Source: Candidatus Roizmanbacteria bacterium
GTDB lineage: Bacteria > Patescibacteriota > Microgenomatia > UBA1406 > GWC2-37-13
NCBI GenBank assembly: GCA_037132015.1
Contig: JBAXPW010000001.1
Span: forward strand, 1-49,373
Direction: 5' to 3'
Length of the DNA: 49,373 bases
The position numbers and the translations under genes are program-made. The notes under the pieces were generated by a model. It did no database searches and had not been told where the DNA came from. It was given only the letters and a program-made list of their open reading frames with translations. Positions 34,501 to 42,888 of this stretch are shown piece after piece; the stretch's first letter is position 1, and each line of letters begins with the position of its first letter.

Positions 34501-36481
34501 AATTTGTAGTATTTGTTGGATATACCCAGAAAGCAACTGATTGGACATTAGAAATAGTTGATGTAATATTAAAATATTTTGATGATCCATTCATGACTGG
34601 TGCTTTTCCGAATTTTCCTCCTGAAAAGGTTATGGTTCCATTATTTGTTAATGTTGCACTGTTACCAGAAGAATCAGAGACATTGCCAGAAGATTCATCA
34701 AGTTTCCAATACCCTATTTGTCCATTAGATAAAGTGTTTTGTTTTGCTCCTCCCATATTTGTTGTTACTCCTTCAATACTTTGTTTTGCAATGTAGTTCA
34801 TCTTTACTTGATTTGATGAGAGAGCATAGGGATATACTTTAACTTCATCAATGTAACCTGACCAAGCAAATAGAATTGGCGATTGATAAGAGATGTTGAG
34901 TGTAGATGAATTTAATGTATTAACGCTATAATCATAAATACATATGTCATTATTTCCAAGTGCACCATTATTATCAAGAATAAGATTGAGGCTGTTACCT
35001 GAAGCCCATCCAGTACGATTAATTATTTCTTGTATTATAGTGCTTAAATCAGGACTACTATACCGAGTATTGTTGACCCACGATGATGGTGTATAAAGAA
35101 TACTAGCACTAGTATATATCATATTCCTTGGAAGATTGGTTCCAGAAGGCAACGAGGCGTTATCAATTGCATTTCCCTTAAATATTAAGTCAGGAATACT
35201 ATTTCCAATGCCACATGATGTGTTACTAAGAATAGCACTGGTGATAGTTGTTCCTCGAGGAATAGTAACATTCGTAAAATTCCATACAGCTGTTTCTGTA
35301 CTTGTATTCCAATAACCAGCTGAAATATTAACTCCATCCCACGTACTCCACTGATTACCATCATTAGCTGTGTTACTAATGGTTTGACTAAAAGTGCTAA
35401 TGGGCATATTAGAACTAACAAAAAAAGAAGTAGAAGAACCATTCAGAGAACCTGAAGCAACTAATGATGCATCTTGTCCTATCAACTGTCCATCAATATA
35501 AAGTTGTATAGTCGTTGCAGTTTTAACAGCTGAAAGATGATGCCATATATTATCATTATAAGTCGTAGTTGAACATGCCTCATCATCAGGCCCCCACGTG
35601 TTGTCATCGTCAATGCCAAAACACACTACTCCTGAAGTTTTCATATATATGGCATAACCAGCTGTGCTATATCTTCCTATAATTTGTTGATTTTGAGAAG
35701 GAGCAGATAAAGGGTGTTTAAACCATAAAGAAATACTCATACTACCACTACTTGCATTCAACTCTGTATCATTACTATATGTTCTATTGATGTAGCTAGT
35801 AGATCCATTAAACAGATAGCAGTTACCACTCACACATTGATCAGAGCCGACACGAGTTGGACTTGAAGTACCAACCCCAAGTGATCCTGAGTTTTGATAA
35901 TTCGTAGAATCTTTGACTACAGTCGCATTATCCTGATCAAAAGACCAACTAAGGACCGGACCTTTACTTGTTTCCTCAGTTAAAAAAGTTGGTCCTGATG
36001 TTGGTGTAAACGTTGCGTTACTAAAATTAGATGTTTGGGAAGCGCTTGAAGCCTGAGAATTGCCATAATACATAAAAACACTTGTTGAAGCAGTGCCTCC
36101 GTTAATCTCAGGTATAAGAACATAAAAACTTGTAGAAGTAGTGTTGCATGCTCCACCAGCAGAATTATAAAAATACTGTAATGCTTTTCCATTTTGATCG
36201 GTAAAACGAACATCAGCGCATGTTGATAGCATTTTACCTGCGGATATAAGGACAGATGTATTTACGAGATATTGAATTTTTTGAAATGTTGTCCCAGTAT
36301 TCGTATTATTTACCAATATTTTTTGTCTGTATCGATAATCATCGTCATACCATGCAGAGCTTAGTACAGGTCTAAATAACCAATACCATATACTTGTAGA
36401 TACTATCAAAAACACAACAAATAACATAAATAAACGTCTCTTCATAGTTGAATTGTATGGGTAGAAGTAGTATTTAGACAT
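31505..36481 (-). CDS. Giant surface protein: N-terminal TM anchor, a DUF2341-like domain, and at least six LamG/concanavalin-A-like (Laminin_G_3) repeats
   Basis: DUF2341-like YRYRQKILVNN...DVRFTDQNGKALQYFY...VFMYYGN. There are six repeat-terminal motifs (IDEVKVYPYALS, IDEVRLYNRALAPSEV, IDDFKIYNYTRT, LDNLRLYRGALS, IDMVRMFNYARTP, IDDVRIYNYALTPQQI). Alternative starts are TTG 36508 (track) and ATG 36445, just before the TM helix. Confidence 0.85.
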   Translation of the reverse strand: MSKYYFYPYNSTMKRRLFMLFVVFLIVSTSIWYWLFRPVLSSAWYDDDYRYRQKILVNNTNTGTTFQKIQYLVNTSVLISAGKMLSTCADVRFTDQNGKALQYFYNSAGGACNTTSTSFYVLIPEINGGTASTSVFMYYGNSQASSASQTSNFSNATFTPTSGPTFLTEETSKGPVLSWSFDQDNATVVKDSTNYQNSGSLGVGTSSPTRVGSDQCVSGNCYLFNGSTSYINRTYSNDTELNASSGSMSISLWFKHPLSAPSQNQQIIGRYSTAGYAIYMKTSGVVCFGIDDDNTWGPDDEACSTTTYNDNIWHHLSAVKTATTIQLYIDGQLIGQDASLVASGSLNGSSTSFFVSSNMPISTFSQTISNTANDGNQWSTWDGVNISAGYWNTSTETAVWNFTNVTIPRGTTITSAILSNTSCGIGNSIPDLIFKGNAIDNASLPSGTNLPRNMIYTSASILYTPSSWVNNTRYSSPDLSTIIQEIINRTGWASGNSLNLILDNNGALGNNDICIYDYSVNTLNSSTLNISYQSPILFAWSGYIDEVKVYPYALSSNQVKMNYIAKQSIEGVTTNMGGAKQNTLSNGQIGYWKLDESSGNVSDSSGNSATLTNNGTITFSGGKFGKAPVMNGSSKYFNITSTISNVQSVAFWVYPTNTTNYYINLNGTTYITSTTGNLSATGFTSPTIYINGESNTTLTTNTWSHVVVTSTAPISGSTFEIGRANSLYLSNLSQIDEVRLYNRALAPSEVDRIYNYAPEPVAYWNFDEKVGTIAYDSSLNNNSTTASTGSPTWTTGKYGSAISFSGINAYVTAPASASLDFEGQQPFSFSVWIKPQLTGGEANPRVFYKERFTSATNRGGYYLDMPNSGTTCFWITNNTNSSSACTTISSNQWTHIAGVYDGSTTSIYKDGIFITSSATYTGGPGTHPTQIFNIGGGSTYSWNGIIDDFKIYNYTRTSKQIIEDMNADHPIVGTPFGGTVANWSFDEGYGTVIHDKVSSLNNLTLSNSTGWTSSGKFGGAYAGANNLRATLLNNSGSFDFVGFEDFTLSSWFKRSSISADEYIYYKQANNAGYTVYMSSTGKIIFGTGGTGTFPQDSIGTNAPTRYDDGVWHHFAGVKNGVNSLKLYIDGNLVDSKVALSGTGSLVNTGTIYVGDRNATDGTDEFLGNLDNLRLYRGALSQSDILADYNQGKTVVLGALSTTSDGSTPSNGVDRSYCVPGDTTTCNPPIGEWKFDDKIGTTALDSSGNNRSGALSNSPTWTTGKYGSALLFNGSSQNVIINPNNGLSATSGSISAWVYPTVSSPTANEMIVEGNRETNRIYLTRLPTTGNLGISLGNNSNIDSGIVIPINTWSYVGMTWNSGTYAIYFNGKNVSTSTYSGLTSLDGYSSIGSYSDLVAPDSWFTGKIDMVRMFNYARTPAQIAWDYNRGQPIGYWKMDECQGNTAHDSSSFGNNGTITIGGTGSYTISGACNSGTATEAWNAGTTGKFNGATALDGTDDYISTSNIALITSNATAYSNVSWGGWFNPSATATSKTLVHKNNEFRLTTNASAYPVCEIYSTTWQVGATSTVALSNSTWTHVMCIYNGTTLETYINGNKIASVARTNVVTSSSATGLNIGRDSAGTGYFAGLIDDVRIYNYALTPQQIQMGMNEGSAVRF

Positions 36482-36552
36482 TATGGCAGGCTCGTATACA
36501 AAAAACAACTATGAAATACGCAACTAATACGGAAATTTTACAACGGTCAGTA

Positions 36553-36558
36553 TATAAT
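36553..36558 (+). promoter_or_regulatory. TATAAT box 5 nt upstream of ATG 36564 (leaderless-mRNA candidate)
   Basis: GTATATAATACTTCATG read directly; no SD-like sequence. Confidence 0.3.
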
Positions 36559-36563
36559 ACTTC

Positions 36564-37985
36564 ATGGACTTTTCCTCACTTGCTTTTGTGGATATAGAAA
36601 CAACAGGTACCAGTCATGAAAATGATCGAATCATCGAGATTGGCGTATTACGTGTACAAAATGGTGAAGTTATTGAGACATTTTCTTCACTTATCAATCC
36701 TCAAGTTGAGGTGCCTGATTTTATACAACGCATGACGGGAATTGATACAAATTTACTTCACAGCGCTCCTCTCTTCTCTGAAGTTGCTGATACGATTTTT
36801 CGACTTGTTGATACATCTGTATTTGTTGCTCATAATGTAGGGTTTGATTATAGCTTTCTTAAATCAGAATTTAGTCGACTTGATAGACAATTTCTTGCTC
36901 CTCGTTTATGTACGGTAAAGTTATCACGCACATTATATCCTCAATATCAAAAACACGGACTTGATACGTTAATGGAGCGATTTAATTTTATAGTTGAGCG
37001 ACGTCATCGTGCGATGGATGATGCGCATGCAGTGTGGCAATTTTATCAAATGATACAAAAACAATTTCCTTCGGAAGAGCTTCAAAAAACATTACATCAA
37101 TTGACTCGTCATTATCAAATACCAAAATCATTTAGTGCGGATGAAATTGATAGGCTCCCAACTGGTCCGGGCATATATATATTTTATGATATAAATCGTC
37201 ATCCTCTCTATATTGGAAAAAGTAATACTGTTCGTGAGCGAGTGCTTGCGCACTTTTCCGATACGTTAACATCTGATAAAGAAATGGATATGGCACAACA
37301 AGTACATTATGTAGAAGCAATCTCAACAATTGGAGAATTGGGAGCAGAACTTCTTGAGGTTGAAAAAATTAAACAACTGAAACCCATATATAACAAAAAA
37401 ATGCGAAAAAAATCAGTTCAATATGTCCTCATTTATTCTCCTGATGATGAAGGGTATTATCATGTGAGGTGTGAAGAAGTCGTATCAGCAATTCCATCTG
37501 AAATGTTGAACTCATTATTGGGAATCTATACATCAAAAGCTCAAGCAAAAAATTCACTTATCCGACTATGTGCTACATTTTCATTATGTCCACAATTTTT
37601 AGGATTAGAAAAAAGATCAGCATCTTGTTTTGCGCATAAATCAGGTAGATGTAATGGAGCATGTGTTGGAATAGAAAAACCGCAAGTATATAATCGGCGC
37701 ATGTTGACAGCATTTTCAAGAAGTAGAATAATGAGATGGCCATACCAAGGAATGATTGTCGTAAAAGAACAAAGCAGTGATAAAAATATTGCCTATATAT
37801 TTAAGGACTGGATATATTTAGGAACGATAGAGATGAAAGATCAGGCACAAGAGCTTAATTTATTTGAGAATACTGAATTTGATTACAATTTATATTCAAT
37901 ATTAAAAAACTTTTTGGTTTATAATAGACAGAAACATGCTATTTCAAACATCTCTGATAAAGAAATCTCTGAGATGACGAAATAA
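36564..37985 (+). CDS. DnaQ-like DEDDh 3'-5' exonuclease fused to a GIY-YIG (UvrC/Cho-like) nuclease domain
   Basis: Exo I (FVDIETTG), Exo II (VAHNVGFDYSFL) and Exo III (HRAMDDA), followed by the GIY-YIG motif GPGIYIFYD...LYIGKSNTVRERVLAHF. Confidence 0.85.
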   Translation: MDFSSLAFVDIETTGTSHENDRIIEIGVLRVQNGEVIETFSSLINPQVEVPDFIQRMTGIDTNLLHSAPLFSEVADTIFRLVDTSVFVAHNVGFDYSFLKSEFSRLDRQFLAPRLCTVKLSRTLYPQYQKHGLDTLMERFNFIVERRHRAMDDAHAVWQFYQMIQKQFPSEELQKTLHQLTRHYQIPKSFSADEIDRLPTGPGIYIFYDINRHPLYIGKSNTVRERVLAHFSDTLTSDKEMDMAQQVHYVEAISTIGELGAELLEVEKIKQLKPIYNKKMRKKSVQYVLIYSPDDEGYYHVRCEEVVSAIPSEMLNSLLGIYTSKAQAKNSLIRLCATFSLCPQFLGLEKRSASCFAHKSGRCNGACVGIEKPQVYNRRMLTAFSRSRIMRWPYQGMIVVKEQSSDKNIAYIFKDWIYLGTIEMKDQAQELNLFENTEFDYNLYSILKNFLVYNRQKHAISNISDKEISEMTK

Positions 37986-37986
37986 A

Positions 37987-38670
37987 TTATTTCAACTTAC
38001 TAAGAAGTTCATCATATGTGCGATATTCGAGCTTTTCCCCATTTAGGAATAATGTTGGAGTTGAACTAATACCATATTTTACACCTTCTGAAGCATCCAA
38101 ATTTACTCTATCTTTGACTTGTTGTGATAGTCTATCTGACTTAAATTTTTCAACATCAAGATTGAGATCTTTTGCATAGGTATCAAATAGTATTTCTGGG
38201 TTATCAGACTTAGCCCATATTTCTTGGTTCTTAAAGATTACATCGCTATATTCCCAAAATTTTCCTTGGATGCTTGCAGATTCAACTGCCCACGATGCTC
38301 GATCTGTATAGGGATGTGCACCACGGAGTGGAAAGTGTCGGTATACGAGAGTTATTTTTTTGGAGATTGCATTATTTGCACTCCCACTTGCTTCTACCTG
38401 ATTTTTGAAAAATTCATGAGTAGCTTTGCATGCTGGGCATTGAAAATCACTATATTCTATGAGAATATTCTTTTTTTCAGAAGACCATGCGACGTGATCA
38501 TCTGGTTTGATTTTTTTTAATGCTTCAATTATCTGAGTTGGTGATGTTTGGTTTGACGAAATATAGACAATGGTGAGAAATACGGACAACGCGATAAAAG
38601 AGATAACTCCGATAATAATATTGTTTTTTGTTAATTCCATAGGAGTATATATTACTCTGTTTGGCTCCAA
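37987..38670 (-). CDS. DsbA-family thiol:disulfide oxidoreductase, membrane-anchored
   Basis: N-terminal TM helix, a CPAC active site (FQCPACK), and STPTLFLNG (cis-Pro loop). Confidence 0.85.
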   Translation of the reverse strand: MEPNRVIYTPMELTKNNIIIGVISFIALSVFLTIVYISSNQTSPTQIIEALKKIKPDDHVAWSSEKKNILIEYSDFQCPACKATHEFFKNQVEASGSANNAISKKITLVYRHFPLRGAHPYTDRASWAVESASIQGKFWEYSDVIFKNQEIWAKSDNPEILFDTYAKDLNLDVEKFKSDRLSQQVKDRVNLDASEGVKYGISSTPTLFLNGEKLEYRTYDELLSKLK

Positions 38671-38726
38671 GTTTCAAGTTCATTAAGATTGTTTTGAAGC
38701 TTCTTGGTACAATATACTTATAACAT

Positions 38727-40070
38727 ATGGGATGTATAATAATATATTTAAGATCAATATTTAATAAACAGATTGGTATTCATCATAGCTTAAACGATTC
38801 ATATAAGACAATATCAATTCCAAAGAATGTATCTTTTTTTAGAAAACTACTCGCTTTTACTGGTCCGGGATATATGATAGCAGTTGGGTATATGGATCCG
38901 GGAAATTGGGCTACAGATTTAGCAGGTGGTTCTTCATTTGGATATAAACTTTTATTTATTGTGTTAATTTCTAATCTATTTGCGATTGTGCTTCAACATT
39001 TATCAGCAAAGTTGGGTATTGCAACGGGACGGGATCTTGCACAAATGTGCAAAGATAAATTTCCTCGATTTGTAAATGTGTTTTTGTGGTTTATGGCTGA
39101 AATTATGATTGTTGCATGTGATTTGGCAGAAGTGATTGGATCTGCGATAGCAATTAAATTGTTATTTGGCATCCCTCTTCTTATCGGTGTAGTGATTACT
39201 GGATTTGATGTGCTGGTATTATTATTGTTGCAACAAAAAGGATATCGATATCTTGAAGCTATTGTGATGGTTCTTATTGGTACAATCATTCTTTGTTTTG
39301 GCATAGAAATAATTATTGCACAACCACAACTTCTTCCATTACTTCAGGGATTTATTCCAACAAAAGAACTGTTTACAAATGCTGAAATGTTATATATTTC
39401 AGTAGGTATTTTGGGAGCAACAGTGATGCCACATAATTTATATCTTCATTCATCTATAGTTCAAACACGTAACTTTTCAGAATCAAAAAGTGGAATAAAG
39501 GAGGCAATATATTTTTCTACGATTGATTCAACGTTTGCATTATTATTAGCATTTTTTGTAAATGCCTCTATCTTAATTCTTTCGGCCTCTACATTTCATA
39601 CGAGAGGTTATGAACAGGTGGCAGAGATAGAACAAGCATACAAACTTCTCTCCCCTCTTCTGGGAGTTGTTGGTGCAAGTACATTATTTGCAGTTGCGTT
39701 GTTGGCCTCGGGTCAAACCTCTACTATCACGGCAACATTAGCGGGACAAATTATTATGGAAGGGTTCCTCAATCTTCGAATGAAACCATGGATGCGTCGG
39801 TTACTTACGAGGTCTCTTGCTGTCATTCCTGCCATTCTTGTTATTTTATTATATGGCGATTTGGGATTATCAAAATTACTAATCTCAAGTCAGGTTGTGT
39901 TAAGTTTGCAGTTGTCATTTGCGGTATTTCCTCTCGTGTATTTTACGAGCAATAAACATATTATGAAGGGATTTGAAAATAAAAAATGGTTACAATATAC
40001 TGCGTACATTATTGCAATTATTATCGTTTGTCTTAATATATGGTTAGTACAAAACATTTTTTCAGGTTGA
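38727..40070 (+). CDS. mntH: Nramp-family divalent metal (Mn2+/Fe2+) transporter
   Basis: Signature GPGYMIAVGYMDPGNWATDLAGG and MPHNLYLHS. Confidence 0.9.
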   Translation: MGCIIIYLRSIFNKQIGIHHSLNDSYKTISIPKNVSFFRKLLAFTGPGYMIAVGYMDPGNWATDLAGGSSFGYKLLFIVLISNLFAIVLQHLSAKLGIATGRDLAQMCKDKFPRFVNVFLWFMAEIMIVACDLAEVIGSAIAIKLLFGIPLLIGVVITGFDVLVLLLLQQKGYRYLEAIVMVLIGTIILCFGIEIIIAQPQLLPLLQGFIPTKELFTNAEMLYISVGILGATVMPHNLYLHSSIVQTRNFSESKSGIKEAIYFSTIDSTFALLLAFFVNASILILSASTFHTRGYEQVAEIEQAYKLLSPLLGVVGASTLFAVALLASGQTSTITATLAGQIIMEGFLNLRMKPWMRRLLTRSLAVIPAILVILLYGDLGLSKLLISSQVVLSLQLSFAVFPLVYFTSNKHIMKGFENKKWLQYTAYIIAIIIVCLNIWLVQNIFSG

Positions 40071-41167
40071 TTTTATCTCTATTTATTTTTGTTGTTATTG
40101 TTTCATTTCCGAGCACAGTTATTGGTCAAACACCAACAATAGTTCCTACGCTTCAAAAACCTCAAACATATGAGGCCACTATTATTGATATAGTACAAAA
40201 ATCAAAAAAGACAAATGGTGTTTTGAATGACTCTCAGGATATCAAATTAAAATTAGAGGAAGGTTCTGAAAAAGGGAAAAATGTTACTACTTCAGTTATG
40301 GTAAATCCGGGAGGAAAACAACAAGAGTATGTGAAAGGTGAACGAGTTGTCGTACAAATATCTCAAATGCCAGATGGATCAGAGTTGATCTATATCGTTG
40401 ATTATGTTCGTACGACTCCATTATTTTTGCTTTTATTTTTGTTTATTCTTATTGTTTTTATCATCGGACGATGGCGAGGATTGATGTCTATAATTGGGAT
40501 GATATTTTCATTTCTGATTATTATTCAATTTATTATTCCATCTATTATTGCAGGAAATAATCCGATTCTGATCTCTCTTCTTGCTTCAACAATAGTCCTC
40601 CCAGTAACTTTTTACATCTCCCATGGATTTAATGCAAAGACTACTATTTCAATCGTAGGAACTTGTATAGCATTGTTTTTAACAGGTATACTTGCAATCA
40701 TATTTGTGTATGCTGTTAAATTATCGGGGTTTGATAGTGATGAAGCAATGTTTTTGCAAACTATCATGGGTGAAAAAATTGATGTTCGAAATCTCTTATT
40801 AGCGGGAATTATTATTGGAGCATCGGGAGTCCTTGATGATATCACTATTTCTCAAACTGCAATTGTTGAAAAGCTCATTGATGTGCAAAAAAGACCTTCT
40901 TTTTGGCAATTATATAATCAAGCGATGGATGTGGGGAGGGATCATATAGCGTCTCTAGTTAATACAATATTTTTAGTTTATGTTGGGGCATCACTTCCTC
41001 TTTTTTTACTTTTTTCTCATGCAAACGAGTCGTATATGAAAGTGATAAATCAAGAGATTGTGGCAACCGAAATTGTACGAACATTAGTCAGTAGTATTGG
41101 CATTATTTCAGCAGTCCCCATCACAACCCTTCTTGCTTGTATTTACTTAAAAAAAAGAAGTACTTAG
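40040..41167 (+). CDS. YibE/F-family membrane protein
   Basis: Signal/TM segment, an extracytoplasmic domain, then a YibE/F-like TM bundle (GRWRGLMSIIGMIFSFLIIIQFIIPSIIAGNNPILISLLAS). Overlaps mntH by 31 nt. Confidence 0.7.
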   Translation: MVSTKHFFRLILSLFIFVVIVSFPSTVIGQTPTIVPTLQKPQTYEATIIDIVQKSKKTNGVLNDSQDIKLKLEEGSEKGKNVTTSVMVNPGGKQQEYVKGERVVVQISQMPDGSELIYIVDYVRTTPLFLLLFLFILIVFIIGRWRGLMSIIGMIFSFLIIIQFIIPSIIAGNNPILISLLASTIVLPVTFYISHGFNAKTTISIVGTCIALFLTGILAIIFVYAVKLSGFDSDEAMFLQTIMGEKIDVRNLLLAGIIIGASGVLDDITISQTAIVEKLIDVQKRPSFWQLYNQAMDVGRDHIASLVNTIFLVYVGASLPLFLLFSHANESYMKVINQEIVATEIVRTLVSSIGIISAVPITTLLACIYLKKRST

Positions 41168-41213
41168 AAATTGGGATATCTGTTACTATTGTATTAAGTT
41201 TATTATTATCTTT

Positions 41214-42128
41214 ATGATTCCTGTAATTCTTATCACCGGTTTTCTTGGTTCGGGTAAAACAACATTTATCAACTGGCTACTTCAAAAATATCCTGAAAAA
41301 CATATCTCAGTTATTCTCAATGAATTTGGGAATATCAAACTGGAAAGTTCATTTGTAAAAAATCAATCGGGAGATGTTGTTGAATTGGCAAATGGATGTA
41401 TGTGTTGTGTTGCAAAAAGTGATGTACCACGAGTAATAAAATATATTCTTGAAAATAGTCCATCAACTGAATTACTTCTTATTGAGGCTTCTGGTTTGTC
41501 AGACCCCGATCCGCTCAAAGAGACTCTTCAATCAGATGAGCTCTATGAAATAACATATCTTCAATCAACAGTTTGTATCATTGATTCAAAAAATTTCAAA
41601 TCTACCTATGTTGATCATCCACTAGTTTTGTCTCAATCAGCAGATGCAAATGTGATAGTGCTTTCTAAGTCTGTAATGACTTCTCAAGAGGATCTAGCAG
41701 AAGTTCGAAAGATCCTGACTTCAAATATTCCCGACTCCCCTATTCTTCTCTGGGATGATAACTTAAAACCCGAAGATCTTTTTCAAACTCTTAATCACAA
41801 GGAACATTCTCCTGAAGAAAAAGAAGAAGTTGAACATCATCATCTCCACGAAGAATATATGCAATACTGGTTTAATACAGATAAAAAAATTGATATCGGG
41901 AAGTTGCAATCTGCGTTTACTACGTTATCACCGATGATATATCGGGCAAAAGGACACGTGATATGTGCGGATGGATCTGCTCGTTTGATACAGTTTGTCT
42001 CAGGAGTTTTTGAGGTGTTACCTGCAGAAGGTACCAACATCACAAGCACCTCAATTCTTTGTCTCGGAGAGACACTTGATGCAGTTAAGATAGAAGAAGT
42101 GCTCAACCACTCTATCTTTCTTGGCTAA
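41214..42128 (+). CDS. COG0523 (CobW/ZigA/YeiR-type) metallochaperone GTPase
   Basis: P-loop GFLGSGKTT, metal-binding GCMCC, and a His-rich linker (EVEHHHLHEEY). Confidence 0.9.
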   Translation: MIPVILITGFLGSGKTTFINWLLQKYPEKHISVILNEFGNIKLESSFVKNQSGDVVELANGCMCCVAKSDVPRVIKYILENSPSTELLLIEASGLSDPDPLKETLQSDELYEITYLQSTVCIIDSKNFKSTYVDHPLVLSQSADANVIVLSKSVMTSQEDLAEVRKILTSNIPDSPILLWDDNLKPEDLFQTLNHKEHSPEEKEEVEHHHLHEEYMQYWFNTDKKIDIGKLQSAFTTLSPMIYRAKGHVICADGSARLIQFVSGVFEVLPAEGTNITSTSILCLGETLDAVKIEEVLNHSIFLG

Positions 42129-42196
42129 TAAAACTACCAATAATTATCGATCTCATTCTCCAACGGATATATCATATTTAATATATATTTTTATAT

Positions 42197-42218
42197 GGGC
42201 GCACCTATGGGTGCGCCC
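42197..42218. terminator. Perfect GC-rich hairpin GGGCGCACC-TATG-GGTGCGCCC
   Basis: 9-bp perfect stem read directly, 69 nt downstream of the COG0523 stop. It lacks a clear U-tract. Confidence 0.45.
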
Positions 42219-42363
42219 TGTATTATGACGATTGTTCATACAATACATCAGATTCCCATTCAGAAGGGTTGTGAACAATATAGTTTTGAATTGAGATATG
42301 CGATGATTCCTCACGTATGATATGTTCATAATAATTTCGTTTGAAAAATACGCAACAAATGTG

Positions 42364-42369
42364 TATAAT
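42364..42369 (+). promoter_or_regulatory. TGTATAAT-type -10 box 6 nt upstream of ATG 42376
   Basis: GTGTATAATAATACTATG read directly. Confidence 0.3.
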
Positions 42370-42375
42370 AATACT

Positions 42376-42888
42376 ATGGGACACGAGGAACTTCAACATC
42401 TTGAAAATCCACTTCATAGGTTTAAAGAATTATCAGCTTCTATAATAGAAAAATTTCGCTTGGAACATGCTCTGCATGGAGTATATGCGCCTCCTGATAT
42501 GACCCATATGATTGATATAAAAAAGAGTGGAAATAATACAATTTTTTCGTATTCTGATAAAGAAGATAATCCATGGGTGTACACGTTTGAGCAAAGCGCA
42601 AATGGTATGAGATTGACAGAGGTAAAAAGACAAGTATCGGATGATACAGGAACATTTACTACTAACGTTAATATTAATTATAGTGGAAACGATATCTTTT
42701 CGATTAACTCTTCTCAAAGTTATGACACTCAAACTCCTCAAGGCGTGTTGCGGACACAGGTTGATTCTCTGCATCATCAACTTAAAATAACGGAAGAAGC
42801 AATACATTTTGGAATGCTTCCTGATTATTATATCGATGAATCAGTACAACCATTGATAAGTCAATCGATTCGTCCTGATGATGGGTAA
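42376..42888 (+). CDS. Hypothetical protein whose 3' end runs into the transposase gene
   Basis: The ORF in the track starts at 42322; the internal ATG at 42376 (MGHEELQHLE...) is preferred. No recognisable family. The last 28 nt overlap the end of the antisense transposase. Confidence 0.35.
   Translation: MGHEELQHLENPLHRFKELSASIIEKFRLEHALHGVYAPPDMTHMIDIKKSGNNTIFSYSDKEDNPWVYTFEQSANGMRLTEVKRQVSDDTGTFTTNVNINYSGNDIFSINSSQSYDTQTPQGVLRTQVDSLHHQLKITEEAIHFGMLPDYYIDESVQPLISQSIRPDDG

Noticed and set aside
31755-36213. Many 60-105-aa ORFs on both strands inside the giant LamG gene
   Set aside because: All lie within the continuous 1,660-aa reading frame. They are low-complexity, have no motifs, and are typical shadow ORFs of a long repetitive gene.
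31505-36481. A diversity-generating retroelement targeting the lectin-fold giant protein
   Set aside because: There is no reverse transcriptase gene in the window. I saw no template/variable repeat pair with adenine-specific mismatches.
42223-42417. A 64-aa minus-strand ORF next to the IS element
   Set aside because: It has no motif, overlaps the better-supported + strand ORF and its putative promoter, and is most likely spurious.
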